The position numbers and the translations under genes were made by a program. Of a DNA stretch of 64,000 bases, positions 10,869-24,912 are shown one piece after another; position 1 is the stretch's first letter, and the number at the start of each line of letters is the position of its first letter. The notes beneath the pieces are model-generated. The model did not search any database and was not told the origin of the DNA. It saw only the letters and a program-made list of their open reading frames with translations. Location: the NCBI RefSeq assembly GCF_009914755.1, contig NC_060926.1; one strand, 5' to 3'. This DNA comes from the human T2T-CHM13v2.0 reference genome, Homo sapiens.

Positions 10869-11451
10869 CTTAGTAGATGAGTAACTCAACAGGTACCTGA
10901 AATCAGTAGCAAGAAATAATAGGGGATTGTATCCTATAAATATTTAAGGACTGTGTCCTATAAGCATCCAGGATATTTGAAAAACCAAGGAATTTTGCTG
11001 GAAGAAGTAGCCTTTAAACTGAGACTTCGACTATGAGCAGGATTTGTTTAGTTTAGGAGAGTGTTCAAGACACACCTTTTTTAAATGTAGAAGTTAGGAA
11101 ACAAAACATTCAATGCCCACGAACTTAACAATTCAGCCAAAACACAGATATTTAGAGAAAAGTGGCATGAAACACCTTTTCTATTGCCACAGCTAATCCT
11201 CCCTTTTATTAACAATGAAATTTATTCACTTTATCCTTAACATGAAAATTTCATGAATGTGTCTGAATTTGAAACATCTTGATTTTCTGATCTCGAACCC
11301 AGTCTGTTAGAGTGATCTTGTGTTGATCACTGCTTTTGACATTTAGATTATTATGTAATTTAACAAAAAAGTTATATTTCCTTTAAGAAAAGTATAAGTA
11401 TAAAATTAACCCGTGGTTTTGGCTATATTTAATTCAAGAATATGTAGTAAA

Positions 11452-11631
<180 letters not shown>

Positions 11632-12736
11632 AATCTGTAGTAAAAATGTCATTACATGTAAGACATAGATGGGAAGCTAAAATGAGTAATAAGATCCAGT
11701 CCTGCCCAATTAGCCATGTGCATCCTCAATTTGGATGCTGTTGAAACTCCCCGAATGTAATTTGTTTTATATCGAATGCCATATGACTCAGAGTATGTAA
11801 TAAAATCTGTTTTTGAGATTAAATTTCCAACTTTCTAAATATACTGTACTGTAACATACATGTTATAATTGATGACTAACTTCTAATTAAATAGTAGATA
11901 CCATAGAGAAAATGTTTTCTGACCTGTCTACCAAAATATAGCTCATTTTGACACAAGAAAATGAATAGCTGTCTTTGAATCAAAAATTAATCCATAAGCA
12001 AGATTTTACATAACCTTTTTAGAAATGAATATATTTTACAGCTTTATTCATTGTCAATTCCTTGATAGTTTTCAGACTGTATGAGATGAAGATTGCAAAT
12101 TCTATAGAAAGTGCAAGGGATCAGAATAACACCAAAGTCTAGAAGTATCATGCAATTTTTCACATGACAACTAGACACATGACTGTTTTACGAACAAAAT
12201 AAATTTTTGTATTGCGCATGACAGCACTTGTATCATAACTCAAAATCTCATTAAAGTATTTACACTATTAGCCGACCTCCTATTTTCAGCACAAGACTGC
12301 AAATAAGGTTTTAGGTGGGATAAACACATGAAGATTTGACTCTTATAAGGCTGTAAGTGTTGAATATTCATTACACTTTATGCTCTGGGCAGCTCAAAAG
12401 TTTGCTCTGTTTTGTAATAGACAGCTCACGGAATGGAACGTCTCACTCTAATGTAGTAGTAACTGCTTCCTTAAATTTTATGAGAGACTAATATGTTCAT
12501 TCCCTTTTTCTCTGTTTGCTTCATTTCTATATGATACCAGTTTCCTCTAACTGCTCATGACTCTCTCCCCTTAGTACATCTTTCATTTTTATTTTGTTAT
12601 TACTTTTTTTCTTTTCCACCTTCTTCCATGAAAAAAAATAGTAGAAGAAAACTAACTAACTGAAGCCCAAAACCATCCAGTCAAGAAATCTGACAATCTG
12701 GGGACTGAATTTGAATTTGTAGGTAGGTGGAGTTCT

Positions 12737-12941
12737 ATTTTATTTTTTTAAACAGGGTCTTGCTCCATTGCCCAAACTGGAGTGCCATAGTGCGCCCACA
12801 GCTCCCTGCAGCCTCAAATTTTGTGTTTAAGTGATCCTCTTGCCTCACCCTCCTGAGTAGCTGGGACTGCAAGGTGCACACCACCACACCTGGCTGATTT
12901 TTTTTTTTCTTTTTGTAGAAATGGAGTCTCACCATGTTGCA
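12737..12941 (-). mobile_element. 5'-truncated AluJ
   Basis: ACAGGGTCTTGCTC..AAGTGATCCTCTTGCCTCA..GTAGCTGGGACT..GTAGAAATGGAGTCTCACCATGTTGC; flanked by GAGTTCT on both sides. Confidence 0.92.
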
Positions 12942-13919
12942 ATAGAGTTCTTAATTAACATATCAGGTTGATAAACATTTGTTTAGGAATTGGAAAATGT
13001 ACATTCTCAATTAGACTGTATTTGGAAAACCTATAATAATTAACCCTGATTACATAAAAACATATTTAAGGGAAACAAAGAATAAAAAACACTAAGTGTT
13101 TTTGTTGCGTGGAAATATGTTACTAGCACATTATTTTAGCCACGCTCTGCATGTTTTTGTTAAAGCATGACTGTATATACAGATTGGAAGGGCAACTCCC
13201 GGGAACTCAGCAAAAGCCATGGTATGAACACAAGCTAAGTGGCCCACAGAGACTGAATTCAATGCTAATCATGTAACTTAGTGTTTTTGTCAACTAAATT
13301 TAGAGAATATAGTATCATCTGCTGCAAAACCCTATTTTCACATGTCTGAGGAAGACTATTCACTCATGATAGATAAAATTAGAGTTTACAAAGTTTAATT
13401 ATTTTGTCATATTTGCTTCCTTCAGTCAGGCATTTTGTATTTATTTTGAAAATAAATACGAAATTTACTTTCCAATATTGTTAATGAAATAAGAATTGAC
13501 TTTGAAGTTATTTCTATGTGAATGTAATCAGAACAAGTATTTAAACTGACTTTATTATAGATTTCTTGTTACTTAAACACAGTTTATTCTAGAATATCCT
13601 TGACCATGAAATCCATATTCTTTTACATCTTAATCATATTCTTCCAAATATATAGTAAGGGGTTTAGATTTTAGCTTTGCCTTTAACAGTGATTAAGTTT
13701 TTATCTACTTCATCATCATGAAAAAGATATAGTAAATCTGTGGATAACTCTTAGAAGATCAAAATTGAATTGAGCTAAAGTATTTTTAGTCCTAGTAAGC
13801 GGCGTCCCCCAAGTAGTGTCATCTTTTCTGGTATGCAGAAAAGTGTTAGGTCACCTAACTAGATCCTATGTACATATACACTCTGTTTCAAAATCTACTC
13901 TGGCAATATTACAAAGTTG

Positions 13920-14128
13920 TCCTTGGAGTGTTCCACTAGCAAAGTGATCTTACCCTAGGGAAACAGCAAGAAAAACAAGCAGACAATTATGAGATGGTAT
14001 TTTTGGATGCTTTGATAAAGAGAGGCACAGGATACTGTAGAGGATCTGAGGAGGGGTCTCCTTGCTGGTATTTGAGAATCCGACGTTTTCCTCTAAGAGC
14101 TGACATTTGGGATGAGCCTTGAATATAT
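13920..14128 (-). mobile_element. L2 fragment
   Basis: AGGCACAGGATACTGTAGAGG..GAGCTGACATTTGGGATGAGCCTTGAA resembles antisense L2 3' sequence. Confidence 0.55.
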
Positions 14129-14193
14129 GTCTCAGTTTTATTTTGCTGCCTAACACACTATGCTCACGTTTAACAGCTCAAAACTGCATACAT

Positions 14194-14236
<43 letters not shown>

Positions 14237-14427
14237 TTTTATTATTTTTCTAATTTTAATTATTATTATACTTTAAGTTTTAGGGTACATGTACACAACG
14301 TGCAGGTTTGTTATATATGTATACATGTGCCATGTTAGTGTGCTGCACCCATTAACTCGTCATTTAGCATTAGGTATATCTCCTAATGCTATCCCTCCCC
14401 CCGCCCCCCACCCCACGACAGTCCCCT
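14194..14427 (-). mobile_element. Young L1PA (about PA3-5) 3' end with (TTTA)n tail
   Basis: TTATTATACTTTAAGTTTTAGGGTACATG..GCACCCATTAACTCGTCATTTAGCATTAGGTATATCTCCTAATGCTATCCCTCCCC. Confidence 0.95.
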
Positions 14428-14468
14428 CACAATTCCTGTGGGTACTTTGGCTGACTTTTTGTTACAAA

Positions 14469-14582
14469 CAGGATAATCAACTTATCTGGGCTTGCCCAAG
14501 ACGTTCCCGATTATACAATAGAAAGTCCTGCACCCTAGGAAACCTCAGTCCCAGGCAAACTAGGGACTTCGCATGAGTACTC
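14469..14582. mobile_element. MER81-like hAT-Blackjack MITE
   Basis: GCTTGCCCAAGAC..GAAAGTCCTGCACCCTAGGAAACCTCAGTCCCAGGCAAAC resembles MER81. Confidence 0.65.
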
Positions 14583-15188
14583 ACCTTGCAGCCTTGATGA
14601 GGCTGCAATCACCATGCTGACTGGGGCCAAAGTCGTTTCAATGTTTGATTGGGGCAGGGGCAAGTTCTGTTTCTGAGCTACTCAGTGGTTGCTGACACGA
14701 CTCAGTTCCTTTGGAGCTGTAAGCCAGTGGGGTCTTCAGGTCCCACTGGCCACTGGCCAGAGGCTGCCCTCAGTTCCCTGGCAGGTGACCCTTTCCATCA
14801 GAGTCTGACTTGAGATCCAGGGAGAACGTGCCAGCAAGATGAAATCACCGTCTTTTGTAATTTAATTACAAAAGAGACACCTCATCACTTTAGCCAAATT
14901 CTATTTGTTAGAAGCAATTCACTAACTAGATCCAGCCCATCCTCTGAGGGAGGGGAATAAACAAGGGAGGACTACCAAGAATAGAGGGAGATCTGCCAGA
15001 AGCTTTCTGTGCAACAGAGAATCAGCTGCAAGAAGAAACAGCTGAGAGAAGAGTATCTTATAATGGTGATAAACACATTTTCTACAGAGCACGTAACCAT
15101 AAATTTATCTGATTAAGAATATGCTCAAACAATAGATAGCAAAGACAAATTTATTCTCAATTTTCTTTTAAAACATTTCACTACTCAT

Positions 15189-15491
15189 GGCCGGGCACAG
15201 TGGCTTAAGCCTGTAATCCCAGAACTTTGGGAGGCTAAGTTGGGCAGATCACTTGAAGTCAGGGGTTCGAGAGACCAACTTGAGCAACATGGTGAGACCC
15301 TGTCTCTACTATTAAAAAAAAAAGAAAAATTAGCCTGGCCTGGTGACACATGCCTGCAGTCCCAGCTACTTGGAGGCTGAGACAAGAGAATCAGTTGAAC
15401 CCAGGAGGTAGAGGTTGCAGTGAGTCAAGATCACAGCACTGCACTCCAGCCTGGGCAACAGAGTGAGACTCCACCTCAAAAAAAAAAAAAA
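15189..15491 (+). mobile_element. Full-length Alu (old S or J subfamily)
   Basis: GGCCGGGCACAGTGGC start, A-rich linker, right monomer, poly(A) tail. Confidence 0.97.
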
Positions 15492-15819
15492 TCCACTACA
15501 CTCGATGAACAGATAAAAGAGTGTAATTTTGTGAGTGTGCATTTGTGCAAATGTGTGTCGGGGTGGAGTAGGTTGTTTTGAATTCCCTCTTTTATTTCAG
15601 CTGATTTTTGAAATTATTTTTTATTTACAGAACTCCAGGAATAAACTATATAATTAAAATTATAAAAAGAACAAGTCTTAAAATAAAAGTATTCTTAAAG
15701 CCCGAGCTTTCCTGCTTGTCTAAAGCCATTATTTTCTCTGACTTTCTGATCTTTTCAATCTTTCAATGTGTATTTCCCCCCACTAAAAACTGCTTTTTCC
15801 TATACTATTTCTCTTTCTC

Positions 15820-16436
15820 CCAAATCCATCCTTAATCCTTTGCTCTTCTAATGTTTGTTATTCTTTTAGATTTCAGCACAGGCGTCACTTTTTCAGGATT
15901 TTCTGAACTAATAAAATGTTCTTTATTAAACATTCTCATACATATATATTTCATGTTCTGGCATTTACCACAGTTCTATCTTTACACTTATAATTATTTA
16001 TTTATGTTTATTTCCTAAAACATTAGCTTCATGTGGGAACTCACCATGTTTTCCCTACTCCAAGACTAATGTCTTGCACAAAGGGTACAGTAATCCCTCC
16101 TTATCCTTGGATATATGCTCCAAGACACCCAGTGGATGCCAGAATAGTACCATAAATAGTATTGAACCCTATATGCACTATGCTTTTCCCCATACATACT
16201 TATGATAAAGTTTAATATGTAAATTAGGCACAATAAGAGATCAACAATAACTAGTAACAAAATGGAATAATTACAACATATTATTATAACAATTACGTGA
16301 CTATGGTGTATCTTTCTCTCTCTCATAATATCTTCTTTTACTGTACAGCAGTAACTGAAACCCTGAAAAACAAAACCCTTGATAAGCAGAGACTGCCGTA
16401 CTATTTTTAATCACTTGCTGAATAAATAAATAAAAA
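15820..16436 (+). mobile_element. L2 3' end interrupted by MER44A
   Basis: TTCTTTTAGATTTCAGCACAGGCGTCACTTTTTCAGG..TAGCTTCATGTGGGAAC.. and terminal TTGCTGAATAAATAAAT. Confidence 0.55.
16088..16398. mobile_element. MER44A (TcMar-Tigger non-autonomous element)
   Basis: TA|CAGTAATCCCTCCTTATCC..CCAAGACACCCAGTGGATGCC..AAATTAGGCACAATAAGAGAT..GTAACTGAAACC..GATAAGCAGAGACTGCCG|TA; degenerate TIRs and TA TSD. Confidence 0.9.
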
Positions 16437-16546
16437 CACATGTAATAATTACCTAAATGTTTCTTTGCTAAATTAATGGTTTTTTCTGAATTGAAATTCT
16501 TGTTTTATTTGGTTTGTATATATTTAGTGAAGGAGTAGATAGGTAG

Positions 16547-16940
16547 TGTTAAATTAAATGTGGCCTAATGCCTCTTCTCTTGAATCAATTTGTAGCAAAC
16601 TGCAGCCTAATTTTAAGAATATAATCTTGTAACAAGTAGCTGTGTCTCAGTCGCTTACATGAGATAAGCTTCAGCCAATCACAGGCTGCCAACTGCTCAG
16701 GCCATGTCCATATAAGGCAAATGCCTCATCACACCCTGCATAAAGAAAGTCAACACTCAGCTGCAACCAACCACACAAGCTATTTACGTATATGCTTCCT
16801 TGTTTCGTTTATAAATACTGCCTTCCCATGCGCTGGGGGGAGCTGTCTGAACCTCTCGTGGTTCTTTGTGCTGTTTGATTCATAAATTTGCTAAAATAGG
16901 CTTTGCTAAATTTATTTTGTCTAAAGCCTTTCTTTTAACA
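16547..16940 (+). mobile_element. MER57-family ERV1 solo LTR
   Basis: TGTTAAA...TTTAACA termini, 4-bp TSD GTAG (16543-46 / 16941-44), AGCCAATCACAGGCTGCCAACTG, CCATATAAGGCAAATGCC, TATAAATA. Confidence 0.9.
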
Positions 16941-17229
16941 GTAGATATAACTGTACACAAAATACAGTAGTTTATTTTCTCAACTTTAATATTTTTCTGT
17001 GCTAAAAGTTATCAATATTTCTAGTCAATAATAAAAAAGTTATGCTATTGGATATTCAATATCCAATGTGTATGCAAGTTATGAATACACTTAAATGCAT
17101 CTTATTTGAACTTACACATTTTTATGGCATATATATATATATATATATAGTATGCACCACGAAATATAGTAATCATATGCCCTTTTATTTTGTTCATTTA
17201 GATAACGAAATACTTTAATAAAAAATAAC

Positions 17230-17360
17230 CTATGACATCTTTACAGAATTCCTATGGAATTGTTTGGACAGGAGAATATATTCATTTTCAAAAAGAGGCT
17301 AGTGATGCTCAGGACGATTAAGTAACTAGCCAAAGGTTATGCAGCTTCTAAAAACAAAAT
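17230..17360 (-). mobile_element. MIR fragment
   Basis: CATTTTCAAAAAGAGGCTAGTGATGCTCAGG..TTAAGTAACTAGCCAAAGGTTATGCAGCT. Confidence 0.6.
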
Positions 17361-18214
17361 GCTCTTTCAGAAAGTGTGGGTACAATTGAACTCTTTTTAG
17401 TTCTGTCAAATTTCTCTCTTTATCATGTACCTGTAGTTTCAGATGCATTAGTGGCTACTTTGGCTTTCATGCCTAGAGGAGCATCATCTGTTGCAGGCAG
17501 GATGGGTAGAGGGTCCAGCAGCCTCTTGTCTTCCTGCCTGATTCTTCAGTATTTATCTGCCAAATCGAATTACCACAAGAGGGCACAATGACCTATGAAA
17601 CATTCTCTCCCTATGCTTTCTGTTTCAAATTGATTCAAAATAGGAGAGATGGAGAAAAAAAGAAAAGGCAAAGAATACTTTTAAGTAATTAATTTCTAAC
17701 TATTTTTTAATCCTGGCATTGTAGGCATGCTGATCAGAAATTTAAAGAACTTCTACTCATTAGGCTAGACAAACATATGTCCTGCACTGATTTGACATAT
17801 CTAGAAAGATTCATCATAAACACATTTATTAATGAACATTTTATGAACTTTTACACGCCGAAGATGCTTTCATGTAGTTACCACGAAGGTCTACGTTTGG
17901 CTTAGAGGAAGCACAACTGAAATATTCTTTCCTTTTTTTTCAGTCCCATACACACTCTGGTGTCAAGCTCAGTACTCCTATTTACTGGGAGTCCTTCCTT
18001 AATGGTATCAGACCTACGAATTACTTTTTCCTCTTCATGGGCATTAAAAAATCTCATTATTTGCCTTTTTTCTCACTCATATGTTAAGTCAATTTTAGGT
18101 GTTAAATTCTGCGCTGGGATGGGGATGATGCAACTTTCAGACAATGGCTTGGATGAACTCAAAGACTAGCAGAGAGGAGAGAAAAGTAATCTTTATACAA
18201 AGAAGGAGGACTTA

Positions 18215-18330
18215 TTCGTGATTCTTATTTTACAGATGAGATAACTCCCTCATGAGTTTAAGTAATTCCTCAAAACCACACCAATGACAATTTGACTTTA
18301 AAACCCATGATTTTTTTTCTTCCAACACTC
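18215..18330 (-). mobile_element. MIR fragment
   Basis: ATTTTACAGATGAGATAACT..TTAAGTAATT. Confidence 0.6.
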
Positions 18331-19460
18331 TGATAAGGTCATGGATTTTTAATTCGCTTTCAGCCTTTTGAGGATCATCACAGATCCTCAAGTAGTTTGC
18401 ATTAAATGCAACAGAAGTGTATCAACAACTAATTTGTATACATTATTATTTGACTTAATTTTCGGTACATTAAATATTTTGAGAAATGCCATTATGATAA
18501 GTAACAAATTCACTTTTACTCTTGATGTGAGATGGAACTATATATAGAATTACTGAGAAACAAAAAATCTGCAAATTTATTTATGCAAAACAACATCATT
18601 GACCGAAATTCAGAAAGTATTTTTAGTTATTTACTCTTTGTGATGAACTGTGCTATGAGAGCTAAATAGAGAATAGATTAAATGAATGTGGTGATCAACC
18701 ACTAGGAAGACTTCACAGACGATGTTCTTTCTGATAGAAAGTTTTTAAGGCTTTGGAAGAAACTCTTCTGTAAAGAGAGTTAAGACAATTCCAAGGAGCA
18801 AACTTGGTATGAGAAATGACATCCAGATGAGGACTTAAAATGAGTAATGATATATTTGTGCAATTTACAATAACTGGTAGTTAGATTAATTTACAAAATA
18901 GGCAAGTACTTGAAAATAATGATTATTCATCAAATATTTGTTTTTACCTAAATATTATTAGATAACATATAAATAATAAAAAAACAACTTCGCTTGTCTC
19001 AAGAAAATTTATATACATAAAATATAAACATATGTACTATGATAGTATGAAAATATAGTTTTAACCAACTTCTTCATATACATATCTACATTAGATTTCA
19101 GGAAAGAAATAAGTTACAATGAAATTAAAATAAAATAATGTATCTGAATAGTAAATAATAGGTCAAGATACAAAGTTGTTTGAAACATTTGTAGGACAAG
19201 ACCTTTAAAATTCCCAATAACTATCTTTTAGTATTTGGAGTCATAAAAAAATTGAAAATCATCATCCAAAATTATTGATCCTATTAACATAAAAAGTTTA
19301 AGGTAGTAGAGATAGATGGCAAACATGGATGAAAAATAAATATTTTTCGGGAATATTTGTGAGTATCAAAGGATAAGTAGAGCGTTGGGCCTGGCTTGGC
19401 TAATTTCTTTTAACTTTTTTAAAGCAATGCTCTCTGAAAATAGGTTTCAAATAATAGCTT

Positions 19461-19464
19461 TATG

Positions 19465-19515
<51 letters not shown>
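19461..19515. repeat. Compound (TA)n(TG)n microsatellite
   Basis: Directly visible. Confidence 0.97.
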
Positions 19516-19519
<4 letters not shown>

Positions 19520-20429
19520 AATATATGAGTAATTTCTAAACCTGGTGGTATACTCCCAGGAAATCAGACAGAATAGAAGATATTAATAAAAAGAAAACTG
19601 ATATATATATATATATATTTTCAGATATATCTGATTAAATATTAGAATGTTGACAAAGCATGTTTGTGGAAAGGTTATGATTATTTCCATAATGCATGTG
19701 GTTTTTCTATTTGTAGCATTACTGAAAACAAACAACAAAAAACTTATCAATTCAAATAAAGCTATTACTGTTAGAGCTTTAAAGGCAGCTTAGGACTAAA
19801 TAACAAATCAAATAAACATGTGATGTATTTGGGAGAATGGTTTCCACCCCGCTCCCCCCACGCCAAAAAAAAAAAAAAAAGACAGAATACCAGAGGACTT
19901 GGAGAATGTAGTTAAACTTTGCAAAGTTTATGGGTTGAGGTCGCATGAAAATCAAGGTATCAGGTTGGTACTGATCTAGCAGAAGGTCCCACAAGTCAAG
20001 TAGATGCTACTGAATTACAGAGTTGAAAATCACTTGTCAGTCAAAAATTAGCATAATAATATGACTTAGCCTGCTACTGACATGATTGATATTATACTAG
20101 TGAGAGTAGTATCTAGCTGGAATGACACTTGTTGCAATACATGATGCCCTCTCAGATAAAAGCTTAGATTCTGCATCAAATTTTATTAGAATGAGAATAT
20201 TTATAGGTCTTCTAATACGTCTTCACATACCCTTTTTCTATAATAAATTATTCTAGAGCAACATTTTCCTAGGGTTATCTTCAGAAGATTATTTCAATAG
20301 GATGTTTATGGATAGCTACTATATTAATAGTTGGGGGAGGATGTTGGAGACTATTGACTTTGTCCTGGTGGTTTTTCTTTGGAAAAATCATTAAAGCTCA
20401 TGAGTGGCAGCCAAATGTAAATGGCACAT

Positions 20430-21250
20430 GGAACTAAATCTCTAGCTCTGACCTCTCCCTGAAACTTCCATCCCTTGGTTGGACAAATACAACCCGCTCA
20501 TCATTACTTCATTATTTCTAAAGCCTAAAGTCAAAATTGGAAAACTTCTGCATTTTTAACATTTGTAAATGTCATCACCATTCTCTCACTCATGTAGATG
20601 TTTTTAAACTTCTATTTTAAGGTCAGAGGTACAAGTGCAGGTTTATTACACAGGTAAACTTGTGTTACAGGGGTTTGTTGTACAGATTTTTTCATCACCC
20701 AAGTATTAAGCCTAGTAGTACCCATTAGTTGTTTTTCCTCATTCTCTACCTCCAAAAGGCCCCAATGTGTGTTGCTCCGCTCTAGGTGTCCATGTATTTT
20801 CATCATTTAGCTCCCACTTACAAGTGAGAAAAAAGAATTAGTCTCATGTCCAATCTCCCATTCTGTGTATGACTCAGCTCTTTAGGGTTTCATTCTGCCT
20901 GCACTGCTCTTTGATATCTAAATCTGTCTGTTTCATCTTGTTACTGCCGTCACTACTTCAATCCAAGCCCTCACAAATTACCACTGCACAATCTTAAAAG
21001 CCTTCTCACTGGCATGAATATGCAGCTTTATGCCCTTCCAAGCCAGCTGAATTCATGATGGTCAGATGGTAATTTGAAGAGCAATTGTTGAATTATCTTT
21101 CTCCAATACTTAGTTATGTTTATGGATTCTCCTTCGCTCATTGAAAAGGGTCCAAATTCCCCAGATAGGTTTTTAATGACCTCAGACCCTGCACCTAATT
21201 CATACTTCTAACTTTATTTCTTCTTTTTGTTTACATATCATTTGGGTTGA
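20430..21250 (+). mobile_element. L2 fragment interrupted by an L1PA 3' end
   Basis: CTAGCTCTGACCTCTCCCTGAA..TCCAAGCCCTCAC..CTGCACAATCTTAAAAGCCTTCTCACTGG, typical L2 ORF2-region sequence. Confidence 0.65.
20600..20830 (-). mobile_element. L1PA15/16-like 3' end
   Basis: GTGCAGGTTTATTACACAGGTAAACTTGTG..TTCATCACCCAAGTATTAAGCCTAGTA..CATTTAGCTCCCACTTACAAGTGAGAA. Confidence 0.9.
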
Positions 21251-24200
21251 ATGAGACTATTTAACCCAGAGGGAGAACACAGAGGAACACTGTGCTGTAT
21301 TGAAGGAGAGAAACATGTTAGGAATAGTGAGTTGAAATAGAAAATAAATCAGTGATTTTAGGAGAAAGGAAGGACGTAAATAAAAACTTATCGATAAATG
21401 GGACCTAGAAGAAGTAACTGCTAATATATTATTTTCTTGAAAACACGAAATTAAGGTTAACCAAGACAAAACTGGAGTTTGACCGCATAAGACAAAGAGT
21501 CTAGCTGAGGATTACCTCAACATGCCATGCTTATTGGGCTACGTAAACAAGAGGTTGATTCATTGTAATGAGAAGAAATCGTGTTAAAAACATAAATACT
21601 CTATTTTGCCAGAATGATACATTGTCCAGTTATTTTACCTTGGGAGAAGATCTGGGAATAAATTGGGGATGTTTTGTCCTATAGAAAATTAATCAAATCA
21701 TGTGAAAATAGTATGAATAAATCTAAAATAGTTAATTTCAGCTTTTGGACTTAACATGCCCTCTGAGTGTGGTGCAGACCTGTTGGTTCACTCATTAACT
21801 GCTCACAGTCAGCATAGGTAATAAACTACATGCTTTTGTATACATGTTGTCTCATCTGTTCTGCTTATGAGCATTCTTCCGTAGAAGAAACTTCAGACAT
21901 GGAAATGTGCTAAGTTCATTTTCCTGAAACCTAGGTGGGTTGGATTTGCTACTTGTAATAGTAGCAGTGAATTGGTCAGGCTGCACTCATTCCTTTATCC
22001 TTGATGACGGACAGGTTAATCCAGGCTGAGATTGGCAGTAGAATAGGTGTCCAGAATTTGTTCCAACCAAACTGAATTCTTTATTTTTCCATCTCTAATA
22101 TTTATCATATTGTTTTAATCAAGCTTTTCTCTACGCATCTCTGTATTTTCAAATGGCACTTATAATTTAAGCGTCAGGTCAAAGACACTTTGTCAATATT
22201 TTTCATGGAATGAACTAATGAGTAAATAAATGTAAATGAACAAATTAATGAATAAGTGAACAAAGGAATAAATGGATAGAAACATATGAGTTGACAGGAA
22301 GTTCCGGGAATAATATAAAACTGTACTACTTATATCCCAGACTTGTGTAAAACGTTAATTCAATAAACATTTACCAAACACTCTCTTAAGAACCCTGAGT
22401 CAAAGAGAAGAATAAAGCTGTTTCTGTCTTCCAGATATCCTGACTTACTAGAAGAGTACAGACACATTTCATGAGTAATCTAAGAAGGAAAACATCATTT
22501 TATCTCCAAATGTAAGGAAGTGTTTACTTTCAAATACTAGATAGGATGCCTAACAGTAAAAATATCTGTGACGGTTAGTGGAGGTTTATTGACTAGTAAG
22601 AAAAGGGTAGGATTTTTTAGAACCAAAATATTAACATTAAAAAATGCCTACAGATTTTTGTCAAGTGAATAAGATAAAGTATCAGTAAAGGGTAAAGAAT
22701 AGAACTGTATAAATGTATAAGAAATTGATATGTGTGACTGCTTTGTAAAATAACTATTTCCATAGAATTAAATCTAAGTGTTGAGACAAAATTTAGAATA
22801 CTCAACTAATTAGTCAAAATAATAGCCATTGTTATAAAATATCTTGTTTATTCCTTTATCTTGTCATGACATAATTACAAAATAGATTATAAATTTTAAT
22901 TCATAAATTCATAATCTGATCATTCACACCTGCTACTTTTGCTAGATAGGCATATACGAACATCTGTAAATAGAATTTGGATGTCTTTCTGCCTCATTTG
23001 CAAAATGCCTGTTTATTGTGAGCAATTTCAATTTATAAAATTTTTTAAGAATCAATTTGGATTCCATTTTGAAAATATACTAGTGCCTTCCTCCCTAAGT
23101 TATAGTCAGTAAAATAAATTATTCTGACTTCATGGGAATCAACAAATAAAATTGGTTTATAAATATAAGTTTAAGTTAACCCGCAAACCATACAATTCTC
23201 ATTGACTCAGGAGCTACACAGGCGAGAGACCATTTAATACATGACCTGTATGAAAATATAGAAATAGAAGAAATTCACTGTGGCTAAAAAGCAAGGGTAG
23301 AAGCTAAGTTAATTAATAATATATGCTTGAAGCTTTTTAATAATTGAGAAAAAAGGTGATTTGCTATGCATGCTTACTTATATTCTGTTCTAAATCATGC
23401 CAGTAGCAAAGATATTACCTTGTTCCCCACCCAAATAGAGATTAACTATGTAATTAGTCTGAAAGTGTGTAGCCCAGTGAAAAAGCATACGAAAATGGAA
23501 AGAACATGAAGATTTTAGGGGCACACACACACATACACACACAATATAGTTTCAAATCCTTAGTCCAACATCATCTAGCTCTGAGATACTAAGACATTTT
23601 GTTGTTTTGAGTCTTAATTCTACCTCATATATTTTTATGAATATTGTTAAAAGTGCCTAGTATGAATTTGAGAGGTCACTTAGTCAATATCAGTTGAACC
23701 TGAATGTAATTTCAATTTTGATTTTTGCTTTTATTCTGTTACTAATATTTACTTATATCTAAATGCTACTTTTAAGCTTTCACAATAAGTTACTGAAGAT
23801 TCTTGGATGTTAGTTCCTGTGATTTTCAACTTTTTGTGCCTCACTACACAGTTTTATATTTAGTAAAAAATGTGCTCCCAAGGTGTTTATTGTCTATATG
23901 ACAAATTATAGATAAACTTGATAACATACTAAAGTTTGAATTATAATAAGATAGAAATTATTTGCTTCAAATCCAGAGCAATCTGACAGTTATAGTTTAG
24001 TAACGGCCAACTTGCTTGTTTTGGATTATTTATTTCAATATAAATAATCAAAATTAGACCATAGAGATGAAGAATATGTTTGAGGGCACTGGAGAGCTAT
24101 CAAAACACTGAGAATTTGCCAGACCAAGATGCAGAAAGAAGGCAAGAAGAAGGGCGGAGTTTGCCCTTTTCCCCATGAGGCAGTTACTAAGTACAACAGC

Positions 24201-24773
24201 AAAAATGGAGCTGAGATGTGAAGGCAGGAGGAAGGGCTTTCTTCAGTCTCCTAAGTCTTGGGGGAATGGGGGAAAAGTTTAAGCTCGGAGACTTCCAGGG
24301 AGAAGATGATCTGGTTAAAAAAAAATCAGACTTTGGCTTATAACCCTAAAGGGTTATCCCTTTAGGGAGAAAAAGTGAGCCAGGGACTTAAATCTGACCT
24401 CAAATAATCTCGGCCTCTGATAGCATAAAGGCAAACCTAGCTGCCTAAAAAAAAGAAAAAAAAAAACCAACAAAACAAAAAACAAATAAACTCTTTCTGG
24501 AGGAACAGTACTATCCAGAGTTTGTAATTATTTGCATGATTTTTCATATATAATATCTGACACTTAATTTTAAAAAAGCATTTGAACAAGCTGGAAAAAA
24601 TAACAGAATACCAAAAAAAAGAAGACAATAAAGATCCAAAGGATATACAGTTATAAATAATCAGACATAGACTTTATAATAACTATCATTATCATTTTTA
24701 AGAAATTACAAGATTAAATATTCATAAGAGAATGGGAAACTTTAAAAAGTCTAATATAAATTATAGAACTAAA

Positions 24774-24834
24774 TAATACATGATTTAAATAAAAAGCCCA
24801 AAGATTTAATACATGATTTAATAAAAAGCCCAAA
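24774..24834. repeat. Tandem duplication of a ~29-bp unit, TAATACATGATTTA(A)ATAAAAAGCCCAAA
   Basis: Copies at 24774-24802 and 24807-24834. Confidence 0.9.
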
Positions 24835-24912
24835 ATATTAGATACAGTTGAAAAGAACTTTTGTTAGCTGAAAAATAGGTAAAAATATATCAATACACAG
24901 TGAGAAAGAAAT

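Larger units (their letters stand above)
14129..15016 (-). mobile_element. MLT1F-like MaLR LTR interrupted by an L1PA 3' end and a MER81
   Basis: TTGCTGCCTAACACACTA..CTCAAAAC, resuming CTCACAATTCCTGTGGGT, GGCCAGAGGCTGCCCTCAGTTCC, TCATCACTTTAGCCAAATTCTATTTGTTAGAAGC. Confidence 0.75.
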
